A stretch of 64,000 bases of DNA, from the NCBI RefSeq assembly GCF_001194135.2, contig NC_068997.1, positions 21,054,373 through 21,118,372 on the forward strand, in the 5' to 3' direction. The notes under the pieces were generated by a model. That model had not been told where the DNA came from. It made no database searches and worked only from the letters and a program-made list of their open reading frames with translations. The position numbers and the translations under genes were made by a program. The DNA comes from Octopus bimaculoides. Taxonomy: Eukaryota. This document shows, piece by piece, positions 52,317-64,000 of this stretch. The stretch's first letter is position 1; every line of letters starts with the position of its first letter.

Positions 52317-53041
52317 NNNNNNNNNNNNNNNNNNNNNNNNNNNNNNNNNNNNNNNNNNNNNNNNNNNNNNNNNNNNNNNNNNNNNNNNNNNNNNNNNNNN
52401 NNNNNNNNNNNNNNNNNNNNNNNNNNNNNNNNNNNNNNNNNNNNNNNNNNNNNNNNNNNNNNNNNNNNNNNNNNNNNNNNNNNNNNNNNNNNNNNNNNNN
52501 NNNNNNNNNNNNNNNNNNNNNNNNNNNNNNNNNNNNNNNNNNNNNNNNNNNNNNNNNNNNNNNNNNNNNNNNNNNNNNNNNNNNNNNNNNNNNNNNNNNN
52601 NNNNNNNNNNNNNNNNNNNNNNNNNNNNNNNNNNNNNNNNNNNNNNNNNNNNNNNNNNNNNNNNNNNNNNNNNNNNNNNNNNNNNNNNNNNNNNNNNNNN
52701 NNNNNNNNNNNNNNNNNNNNNNNNNNNNNNNNNNNNNNNNNNNNNNNNNNNNNNNNNNNNNNNNNNNNNNNNNNNNNNNNNNNNNNNNNNNNNNNNNNNN
52801 NNNNNNNNNNNNNNNNNNNNNNNNNNNNNNNNNNNNNNNNNNNNNNNNNNNNNNNNNNNNNNNNNNNNNNNNNNNNNNNNNNNNNNNNNNNNNNNNNNNN
52901 NNNNNNNNNNNNNNNNNNNNNNNNNNNNNNNNNNNNNNNCATTTGTCCACTTATCTTATATGTATATGCATGTTTGTATATGTGTATATATATATATATA
53001 CAAACACACGCACAGACACATACATACATGCATGCATAAAT

Positions 53042-53111
<70 letters not shown>

Positions 53112-53446
53112 TGTACATATATAATCATCGGGGCCGGAAACTAGAGAGATGTGAGAGATGTGACCTGTTCTTCTTATATGTCTTTTATTAATAACACTGA
53201 GAGAGAGAGAGTTCGTAGCCTGTCCTCACTATCTCAGATAAATGATAGATCAACAACTGTATGATAGATGATGCTACACTATGAATTATCTGTTATTTAT
53301 TGTTCACACTTCAACATTTGTTTCTGGTAGTTACCAGAACGCATACACATATACATAGTTGCGCAAACACACACATACACATACACACACCTATGTATGG
53401 GCTTGTGTGCGTGTCCGTAAGTATGGGTGTGTGTGTATCTGAATGC

Positions 53447-53487
<41 letters not shown>

Positions 53488-53514
53488 TACACACACATAT
53501 ATATAGTTATTTGA

Positions 53515-53571
<57 letters not shown>

Positions 53572-53999
53572 TATAGGTGTGTGCATGTACACACATATAT
53601 ATATAAATGTATGTATCTGTGTATATATATTATGAATATATGAATATATATATACATACATACATACATACATACATATATGTGTGTGTGTTTACACATG
53701 CATACATACATACAGACAGCTAGGCAGACAGGCAGACAGACAGACATACAGACATATATTTTCGTTCCATTTACTCACTTTTGAAGAATGTGAAACCATT
53801 AACCTTAGCTCAGTTTTACAGAACATGACAAGTGTGATTATAAATGTATTTATGTTTTAAAAGTTTAAAAACATTATTAAGTAAAAAAAGAAAAAAAACA
53901 CTGACCATAACCATCATCATAATCGTCGTCGTCGTCTTCATCATCATCATTATTCTCGTCATTCCCATCATCAGCGTTGGTGTTAATACATTTTATGAC

Positions 54000-54500
54000 T
54001 ATTAGGTTGACGAGATTGCAGAATCTTTAGAGCAGCGGACAAATTTCTTGTGACTTTCTTTACATCTCTGAGTGACTTTCTTATGCAGCTCTGAGTGCAA
54101 ACTCTGCTGAGCCCAACTTTGCCATTCAACCTTTCGGGGTTGGTAAAATAAATACCATTTGAGCACTGGTGATGATGTTATCGACTTGCACCCTTCCACC
54201 GAAGTTTCAGGCCGTGTGCCTATAGGTTTAATTCCAGATATTAATTTTGAGGGAAGAAATATTATATTACATATAATTTTTTTAAAACAGCAGTGTGCTG
54301 GGCAGAGTCGTTAGCTCGACAAAATACTTAGCGGCATTTCGTCCGTCATTACGTTCTGAGTTCAAATTTTACCGCTGTCGATTTTGCCATTTATCCTTTC
54401 AGAGTCGATTATACATGTACTTATTGAGAACTGTAACCGATGTACTCGACTGCTCCTGGCCACAAAATTTCAGGCCTTGTGCCCATAGTAGAAAGGGTTG
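54000..54500 (+). mobile_element. SINE family 1, two head-to-tail copies
   Basis: Copies at ~54005-54240 and ~54290-54500 with B-box and core. Confidence 0.85.
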
Positions 54501-56652
54501 TTAAATCAGCCCCTCATTTAAATGGACCGATCAGCATCTAACAAACCCTTCACGTTTTCGATAACGTTGTTTAGACAGCGTACTCTTATTTATTTGTTCA
54601 TTTATTTAGTTAGTTATTTCTTTATTTGGTATCCCTTAGCTTCAAGGTTTGTTTTGCCATAAGCCATCCTGGACGGAGCAGATCAAGTATATAAAGATAT
54701 ATATATATACAAGGTGTTCCAGCTTTTATCTTTCTAATATTGTTTTCAGACGTAATGTGCTATGTCTCAACGCTACTGCTATCTAGCACCTTCGGATGAT
54801 CACTACTGAACCGCTACACAACTGCTACTCGACTGCTACTCAACATTCTACCAAGGCCAGACTACCTCTATTTATATGTCTTGGGAGATCCTGGGGGCAT
54901 CGACACAACATGATGTATCTAAGTCTTCATTGTCCAATGTTTCCTTCGTTTTATGTTGTTATTGATTTTTTTTTTTTTTAAGAAAAGAAAAAGATAACAT
55001 CGTGGGAGTTAGAGAAGATTTGGATGACACTTCGAGCAAATCGAGAATTTAGATACGTAGTTAATCTATTATTTGACACACTGAAAATGAAAAAAACATA
55101 ACTAGGTACGCGCTCGAGAACCGTTGTATTTTTTTTGTTTTTGTTTTTTAGTTATATTTTTTTCGTCGTCTGGCTCAGTACCATACTGCGCTCACCGACA
55201 TGATGCGACGATGGACCATAAGGGGTATGAAGTAGCAGACATGACACCGTTCCCATTGTCTATTTGCTTTTGCCAAGAGAGCAAAAAAATGACAAGCCAG
55301 TTGGGGGTCGATGAGAANNNNNNNNNNNNNNNNNNNNNNNNNNNNNNNNNNNNNNNNNNNNNNNNNNNNNNNNNNNNNNNNNNNNNNNNNNNNNNNNNNN
55401 NNNNNNNNNNNNNNNNNNNNNNNNNNNNNNNNNNNNNNNNNNNNNNNNNNNNNNNNNNNNNNNNNNNNNNNNNNNNNNNNNNNNNNNNNNNNNNNNNNNN
55501 NNNNNNNNNNNNNNNNNNNNNNNNNNNNNNNNNNNNNNNNNNNNNNNNNNNNNNNNNNNNNNNNNNNNNNNNNNNNNNNNNNNNNNNNNNNNNNNNNNNN
55601 NNNNNNNNNNNNNNNNNNNNNNNNNNNNNNNNNNNNNNNNNNNNNNNNNNNNNNNNNNNNNNNNNNNNNNNNNNNNNNNNNNNNNNNNNNNNNNNNNNNN
55701 NNNNNNNNNNNNNNNNNNNNNNNNNNNNNNNNNNNNNNNNNNNNNNNNNNNNNNNNNNNNNNNNNNNNNNNNNNNNNNNNNNNNNNNNNNNNNNNNNNNN
55801 NNNNNNNNNNNNNNNNNNNNNNNNNNNNNNNNNNNNNNNNNNNNNNNNNNNNNNNNNNNNNNNNNNNNNNNNNNNNNNNNNNNNNNNNNNNNNNNNNNNN
55901 NNNNNNNNNNNNNNNNNNNNNNNNNNNNNNNNNNNNNNNNNNNNNNNNNNNNNNNNNNNNNNNNNNNNNNNNNNNNNNNNNNNNNNNNNNNNNNATATAT
56001 ATATATATATATATATATATATAACTATATAGCAATATGGCTATATAGCTATGAAGCTGACTTAGTCTATATAATGAAGTCATTAGGAAGAAACATTAAT
56101 ACTAAATGTCAGTAATTATGGATAGTAATGTATTACTATACATCGCTCTAAGATGTCTTTCTTTCATCCTTTTTCTGTTCTGATTAAGCACAGTTGACTC
56201 AACTTTCACTTTCTGTTTCGCAACCCTCTCATTCTATCGTAGTCACCGCTCTCACTCTGTCCGTCTGCTCTGTATCTGCCACCCCTCTCACTCTCAGTGT
56301 GTGTGTGTGTATCTGTCGGTGTGACACTCTTTTCTTCCATTTCTCTCTTTGTTGTTTTTTTCGTCTTCTCATCTTTCAATCCTTCACATTCTCTGTAACA
56401 TTCTCCCCTTCGGGGTCGATAAACATGAAATCCCCAGTAAGTAATGGAATAGATAGCATCGACTAAGTCTTTCTTGTGCCCAGAGCAGGAACTACTATTT
56501 AGATCCCGTCCTTATCGCGGCCTTCATCCCACCGGCAAAGTTTCAGATCTTCTCTTCATAGCATTACCATATTACATTTTTATAGATCATCATAGTAACC
56601 GAGAGCCATCTGTTAGTTCACAGTTCTAGACTTGCAATTACTACAGTCGTTT

Positions 56653-56736
<84 letters not shown>

Positions 56737-56750
56737 GCTGCTAAGGTAAA

Positions 56751-57670
56751 GGTAGCGAGCTGACAGGACCGTTGGCACATCAAGCGAAATGCTTAGTGGT
56801 ATTTCGTCTGTCGTCATGTACTGAGTTCAGATTCCACTAAGGTCGACTTTTCCTTTCATCCTTTCGGGGTCGATAAAATAAGTACCAGTTGAGTACTGGG
56901 GTCGATGTGATCGACTATCCTCCGGCCCTAACTTTCAGGGCTTGTGCATAAAGCAGAAAGGATTATTACTGCTAAAGCATAAGGCGGCAAGCTGGCTGAA
57001 TCGTTAGCACACCGGGTAAAAAATGCTTAGTGATATTTCGTCCGTCTTTACTTTCTGAGTTCAAATTCCACCGAGGTTGATTTTGCCTTCCACCGAGGTT
57101 GATTTTGCCTTTCGTGGTTTCGGGGTCGATAAAATAAGTACCAATTGAACAGTGGTGCGGATATAATCGACTTGCACCCTTCCTGAACTTACTGGCTTTG
57201 TGCCAAACATTGAAACCATTATTACTGATAAGAAGGCGAGCTGGCAGAAACGTTAACACGCCGGGCGAAATGCTTTTGCAGTATTTCGTCTGCCGTTACG
57301 CTCTGAGTTCAAATTCCGCCGAGGTCGACTTTGTCTTTCATCCTTTCGGGGTCGATAAATTAAGTACCAGTTACGCGCTGGGGTCGATGTAATCGACTTA
57401 ATCCCTTTGTCTGTCCTTGTTTGCCCCCTCTATGTTTAGCCCCTTGTGGGCAATAAAGAAATAAGAAACATTATCGTATCGGACGAAAACGTACCTGCAT
57501 TTCTACCGGCTCTTGACATTCTGAATTAAAATACTGTCGATGTTAACTTTACTTTTCATCCTTTTGGTGTCGATAAAGCAAAGTACCAGACAAGTTTTGG
57601 AGTCGATGTAATCGACAAGGCCCCTCCCTCAAAATTCCAGGGTTGGTGCCTGTAGTAGAAAGAATAATAA
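56751..57670 (+). mobile_element. SINE family 1, four head-to-tail copies after (TTA)n
   Basis: Copies at ~56751-56968, ~56983-57230 (internal 22-bp duplication CCACCGAGGTTGATTTTGCCTT), 57235-57463 (long tail) and 57464-57670 (headless, old). Confidence 0.93.
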
Positions 57671-58245
57671 TTATTGTTGTCTTTGTTGTTTTAGTCTCAG
57701 GTCGACTCTGAACTTTAAATGATTAAAATTATGATCAAAAGCGTTTCAGAAGTGACCATCCTGTCTCACCATCCGAAATTTATATTTTCTGTGTTATACA
57801 ACGTTATAGGTTTTCTATTATGCAAAGTAGTGTGGGATTTGAGATTTCGCTGCTATTCCTGACTCACAGTACTACGTAAAGGCCTGTCTATATTGAGGCT
57901 TTGTTAGTTTGATATTTTAAACTTTGAATAAAAGCATTATATATGACACAGAAGGTTTCTCAGAAAGGGGTCCATAAAGTTTATGAGGAAAATATCAAGG
58001 ATTACCAAATATAAAATAACTTTTAATTGTATTATGCAACAGCAGAGTGGGACATGAGAACTCACAGTGGAGCACCAAAGCTATTGTGTAGGCCGCATGT
58101 GGCTCGCCTGGAGCATGTTGTGCCTCACTGCTTTACATCATCCAATATAGCATTCCTTTAGCCTGTCTTCCTCTTTGTCTGTCTCTCGTTCTCACTCTAT
58201 GTATGTTTGTCTCTCTATCGCTCTGTCTGTCTGTCTGTCTCTCTG

Positions 58246-58287
<42 letters not shown>

Positions 58288-59809
58288 GCGCTAAAGAAAA
58301 ACTAAGAGAGAGAGAGAGAGCGATTCAAAGGAGACCATATTTAGTGCTATTGGAAGATTATATTTCCAACGACTCTAAGTATTTCTAGTATTACTAGCTT
58401 TTCCATATAAAGCTATTGCTCTCGTCTACGGAGAAAATGCTATTACAAAGCAATACACTGCATAGTAAACTAGTCACTGATACAAATATTGTTCGTACTA
58501 AACAGTACTTTATTAGATATAAATCACCACTAAAATACACACACACACGCACTCACATATATGCGTACACACACACTCATACAATCTCATACATATATAT
58601 AACTATATACACATATACACACGCGTATAAATATTCATGTAGAATTGATAATAGGGATATAAAATGGAAATAATGATGTTAATAAAGAGAGAAAAGTCCA
58701 TAAAGTCATAAACGTTTGTTTAAATATTATAGAATATGGCAAGGTTTAAAACTATCACTTTCTTCTTAATTTCAAATGAATAGCAATTACATATATATAC
58801 ATAAACATACACAATCTCTTGCTTAACCAAACACGCACGTAGACTATTAATACGGATACGTAACAGATACATAAACATACGTAAATACATACACATACAT
58901 AAAAATAATCTCATACGTTCACACTTGTGAGCACATTTATTATACTTGCGCATCTACTTCAATGTACTCACTGATTCACTGTTTTTGTACTTAATATATA
59001 CGTATGAACATTCGCATAATAGCATATTTAATCACCCATTCTCTGTCTATCGCTGTCTATCTCTTTGACATATATGCATGCATACATATATATATATATA
59101 TATATATANNNNNNNNNNNNNNNNNNNNNNNNNNNNNNNNNNNNNNNNNNNNNNNNNNNNNNNNNNNNNNNNNNNNNNNNNNNNNNNNNNNNNNNNNNNN
59201 NNNNNNNNNNNNNNNNNNNNNNNNNNNNNNNNNNNNNNNNNNNNNNNNNNNNNNNNNNNNNNNNNNNNNNNNNNNNNNNNNNNNNNNNNNNNNNNNNNNN
59301 NNNNNNNNNNNNNNNNNNNNNNNNNNNNNNNNNNNNNNNNNNNNNNNNNNNNNNNNNNNNNNNNNNNNNNNNNNNNNNNNNNNNNNNNNNNNNNNNNNNN
59401 NNNNNNNNNNNNNNNNNNNNNNNNNNNNNNNNNNNNNNNNNNNNNNNNNNNNNNNNNNNNNNNNNNNNNNNNNNNNNNNNNNNNNNNNNNNNNNNNNNNN
59501 NNNNNNNNNNNNNNNNNNNNNNNNNNNNNNNNNNNNNNNNNNNNNNNNNNNNNNNNNNNNNNNNNNNNNNNNNNNNNNNNNNNNNNNNNNNNNNNNNNNN
59601 NNNNNNATATATATATATATATATACACATATGTATGTATATACATATGTATGTACATATATATGTGTGTGTGTGTGTGTGTGTATACACAGACACAGAG
59701 AAAGAGAGGGAGATAGATAGATAGCGCGTGTGCCTGGGTGTATATATGTGTGTTTATGTGTGTTCATGCCTATGTACGTACGTGGGTGTCTTCTCATCCA
59801 AGATAGAAT

Positions 59810-60260
59810 TAGTAACCACAGAGATGATAACTTGCAAATTGAAGAACTGACTGCTATGTCAACGAATAACAATCATACAATCGTACGATAGACCTTGACG
59901 GCTTATACATCGGTCGGTGGAAAGCTTTCGTTTGAGCCCTCGACCACTTTGGCCTGGTCAATCGGTCATTGTGACTCCTCAAGCTATATTGCAGAGATTT
60001 ATCTCTCGCGAGCTTAAAAGTCCATGACAAACCTGATGTAATTACTGGACCCTAACTAGCATACAATCTTGTGTAAAGAAGGATTATTCCGCAGTCAACA
60101 TTTGCTGCCCAAAACATTTAACAGACATTGAGTATGAAGTGATGCGCGTCCATTTTAAAGCAAGCAACTTTTCAACAACTCGCAATACGCAGTCGCTGTT
60201 TCCATGGTGACGGATTCGACCCACCTATACAGAATTGTTTACGGACTTTGGCTGAATATT
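59810..60260 (-). pseudogene. Highly decayed RTE-like LINE reverse-transcriptase fragment
   Basis: Across frames and stops, in the expected order: ELL..CLL (cf. ELLFADDCAL), MFWAANVDCGII (cf. RFSAACDNFGLTI), IDQAKVVEG (cf. LAKASAAFG) and VKVYRTIV (cf. IKVYRAVV). By-eye alignment from memory. Confidence 0.4.
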
Positions 60261-61161
60261 TTAAACTTATACAATCTGCGATAGAAGTGCTTTTAGTTTC
60301 TCTGTTTGGTTATTCTTCTTATTAGCACTTACGCATCGCTGAAGACTGTCTCTCTGGATTCGATCGTGTTTGTTTGTATCGTTGGTAATTCACAACACGT
60401 TCTCCTTTAAGTTTGAGGTTAGGAGTCGTCATATGTGTAAAATGTGATTTAAATGACAAAAAAAAGAAAGAGAAAATATTTAAAAAAGAAATGTTTCTTT
60501 TGCTGGAAATATGAAGGAAACGTTGCAAGAGGTTTCAAACTAAAACAGCTTTGATCTTTATGTTATCTTTTAGCAGACCGTAGATATATGTTCGTACATG
60601 CATACACGCATGCATGTATACATACATATATATATATATATATATANNNNNNNNNNNNNNNNNNNNNNNNNNNNNNNNNNNNNNNNNNNNNNNNNNNNNN
60701 NNNNNNNNNNNNNNNNNNNNNNNNNNNNNNNNNNNNNNNNNNNNNNNNNNNNNNNNNNNNNNNNNNNNNNNNNNNNNNNNNNNNNNNNNNNNNNNNNNNN
60801 NNNNNNNNNNNNNNNNNNNNNNNNNNNNNNNNNNNNNNNNNNNNNNNNNNNNNNNNNNNNNNNNNNNNNNNNNNNNNNNNNNNNNNNNNNNNNNNNNNNN
60901 NNNNNNNNNNNNNNNNNNNNNNNNNNNNNNNNNNNNNNNNNNNNNNNNNNNNNNNNNNNNNNNNNNNNNNNNNNNNNNNNNNNNNNNNNNNNNNNNNNNN
61001 NNNNNNNNNNNNNNNNNNNNNNNNNNNNNNNNNNNNNNNNNNNNNNNNNNNNNNNNNNNNNNNNNNNNNNNNNNNNNNNNNNNNNNNNNNNNNNNNNNNN
61101 NNNNNNNNNNNNNNNNNNNNNNNNNNNNNNNNNNNNNNNNNNNNNNNNNNNNNNNNNNNNN

Positions 61162-61162
61162 N

Positions 61163-61214
<52 letters not shown>

Positions 61215-61436
61215 TGAAAGAATAGAGTAAACAATAAAAATTAGATATGTAAGAGAGATGGAGAGAAGGAAGGAAAGACGAGGAAGGTGAGAGGGAGTGA
61301 GAAAGAAAGATAGGAAGTATGAAAGCAAAAGAAGACGTATGAAGTGAGAGAGAGGGGGAAAGAGAGAGAGTGAGTGAGAATGTGAGGGAAGAATGAATCA
61401 AGAAACACATGAGATATGTTAGAGAGTTGGGTGGGA

Positions 61437-61474
<38 letters not shown>

Positions 61475-61920
61475 AAAAGAGAGGGAGAGAGAGGAAAAGT
61501 GAGGGAGAAGGCAGGAAAAGAGAGGGTGAGAGAGAGAGGAAAAAAGAGGGAGAGAGAGAAGAAAAGAGAGGGATGAGAGACAAAGGAAGAATTGAAACAA
61601 AAAATTACAAAGAGAGAGAGAGAATGTAGGAGCGAGAGAGGAAAAAAGACAGNNNNNNNNNNNNNNNNNNNNNNNNNNNNNNNNNNNNNNNNNNNNNNNN
61701 NNNNNNNNNNNNNNNNNNNNNNNNNNNNNNNNNNNNNNNNNNNNNNNNNNGGGGAGGGGAGGAAAGAGGAAGTATGAAAAAATGGGATACAGAGAAAGAT
61801 AAAGAGAGAGAGAGAAAGAGAGAAGATAGAGAGAATGAAAGAAAGAGACGCGGAAAGGATAAATGAAAACAAGCAAAAAAAAAAAAACATGAAAGCTAAA
61901 ATAAAGAAGGGCAAAGAGTA
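61162..61920. repeat. Long polypurine (GA-rich) low-complexity tract
   Basis: Direct reading; source of the S/L/F-rich minus-strand ORFs. Confidence 0.92.
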
Positions 61921-62060
61921 GAAACAAATGGTGGTCAGAGATGAGATTGTGTGTGTACAATGCATGCATAAACAAACACATGCATACAGATGCAGACATA
62001 GTCAATATGCTTGTATTTGTATGTATATGTGGTTATTTATGCATGCATTGCTTGTGTATG

Positions 62061-62096
<36 letters not shown>

Positions 62097-62104
62097 TTCT
62101 ACCC

Positions 62105-62158
<54 letters not shown>

Positions 62159-62589
62159 GTGTTTGTGTATATCTGTGCATGCATCTGTGATTTGTATGTG
62201 TTTCTCTTTATATCTGTATGCGTTTCTCCTTCCCTTGTATAAGTTTTCCCCACACATCACAGAACATATAGATGCGTTGAGTTTACGGAAGTTTTCTGGG
62301 GATCTTTTCTTTTTCTTTTTCTTTTTCTTCGTTTTTGTTTGTTTGTTTCTTTCTTTCTTTCTTTCTTCACATCGATCTCTTCAGATATGTATGACTACCA
62401 ATACTTGATATTCTGATCCCTTCGATTAGCAACAGATGGAAAGAAATCCCTTGACATATACACTATAAGATTCTAATGAACAGAGTTTGCAATACGCGTT
62501 TGATTCTTCCTTCAATTATTCCCTTAATGCACTTGGTAATGCCATGACAACCACAGCGTCCATTCCTCAGCCATCACAAGCAAAACAAA

Positions 62590-62740
62590 GAAGGCGAATT
62601 GGCAGTGTCCTTAGAGCGTTGGATAGTATACGTTGTGGCGTTCGTCCCGTGTTTCTGCGTACCGAGTTCAAATCCCGTCAGCTTTGCAATTCATCCCTTT
62701 AAGAATCGATAAAATATAGCTCTAGTCAAGTACTGGGTTT
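62590..62740 (+). mobile_element. SINE family 1, old copy
   Basis: GGCGAATTGGCAG..GAGTTCAAATCCC..TTCATCCCTTTAAGAATCGATAAAAT..AAGTACTGGG. Confidence 0.65.
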
Positions 62741-63376
62741 GATTTTCTCATTTCTTCCTCTCTTTCTTTCTATGTATCTCTCTCTCTCTCTCTCTCTCTC
62801 TCCCTCTCTCCCCTCTCTCGCAATATATAAATATATGTCTTGGCATCGGGGATGGGGGAAAGAAAAGTGCGTTTAGACCACGGTCCCCGCCAACAATCCT
62901 CTCGCCAACACGCCGTGGGCAAGGCAAGAAAGAAGTATGATAACATATTGATGGACATGGATAGGTAACTGTGATCACTAAAGGTCAAACAATTGACTCT
63001 GAATTCACTAGTGTGTGACATAAATAAAATATCCTTTATTCTTAACATTATCACATTGAAAGGGAAGATGATCATGTTAATATCAAAGACATTATTATCA
63101 TTATTATTATTATTATTATCATTATTATTATTATTATCCTCATCATCATCTTCATTGTCATCATCATCATCGTCATCATTCATTCATTTTTATTTCCTCT
63201 CCGTGTCATAAAGCATATCAGTCCGTTCTTGGAAGATTCCAGTAGCATATGAGTTGCTCTTTTTTTTATGAGAAGCAGTTACTAATCCCTTCTTCAAGTC
63301 TTCACAATTTCCCTAGAAAAGTCGCTGAGACTGATCTCTACGACCCTTTACATGGCGCAAGAAAGAGAGAGGGGCG

Positions 63377-63413
<37 letters not shown>

Positions 63414-63414
63414 A

Positions 63415-63570
63415 TTTGACTAAAGTATTCGATTGGTACTTTAGTTATCGAGCCACAAACCTTTTCAAGTCTGTTTGGATTATGAAAGAAATATGATCGG
63501 TGGCGTCCCATTAATCCTATATATTCATGGCAGATCTCGGGTAATTTTACGCTCTAAACTTTCCTTAAGC
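63415..63570 (-). mobile_element. SINE family 1, old copy
   Basis: GATTGGTACTTTAGTTATCGA..ATCTCGGGTAATTTTACGCTCT reverse-core remnants. Confidence 0.5.
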
Positions 63571-64000
63571 GAGAAAAATTTATATTCTTTCAATACAACA
63601 ACAGATAAAACGAGCGGAGAAAACAAGTTTTCGTAGATACACCTTGAAATATGTACTTAATAATTATCTACCTTCAAATCGTGATTCGAGCCGTTATATG
63701 CATTTTACATGATTGACAAATAAGAAAACGTAATATGATTGTACATATTATCTCCGATTTTTAAGACTTTAAGAGCGCTTAAACATTTCAAGTTTACATT
63801 TTCGAACTCATGCATATATATCAACTTTATTTTCATTCCTTTTTGCTTACATATGTATGTATATTTCTTCAATATACACATATATTTGTCCGCTTTTAAT
63901 AATTTATGTCTAGAGCTCTAAAGGTCGCTCTAATCGTTATCCAATTGTTATCGAATACTAATTCTTTGCCTCTCGTCTTTCAACCAATGTCCTTCAGAAT

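Noticed and set aside
60197-60210. RFX X-box-like GTTTCCATGGTGAC
   Set aside because: It falls within the putative RTE remnant, with no promoter context.

Overview
AT-rich eukaryotic DNA from a draft assembly, with about 30 N-gaps that mostly abut microsatellites. The repeat families match my recollection of octopus/coleoid cephalopod repeats (inference, not a search result). I cannot recognise any protein-coding gene. Nearly all entries in the ORF track are artefacts of (CA)n, (TA)n, (TCTA)n, (TTA)n and N runs. The window is dominated by simple repeats and at least three tRNA-head SINE families, often in head-to-tail clusters. It also has two MITE-like elements and a very decayed RTE-like LINE fragment. 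The main results of the hunt are: (1) three unrelated type I hammerhead-ribozyme folds, one with a fully canonical core, each next to a dinucleotide microsatellite; (2) a long-tailed SINE variant that in 3 of 3 cases runs directly into a headless second SINE; (3) a perfect 50-bp inverted repeat; (4) weaker evidence for minus-strand spliced exons, including a possible 25-aa hydrophobic micropeptide whose ATG is formed by splicing and a 24-nt microexon candidate. Splice-site calls are by eye in AT-rich DNA where GTAAGT occurs often by chance, so they are low confidence.
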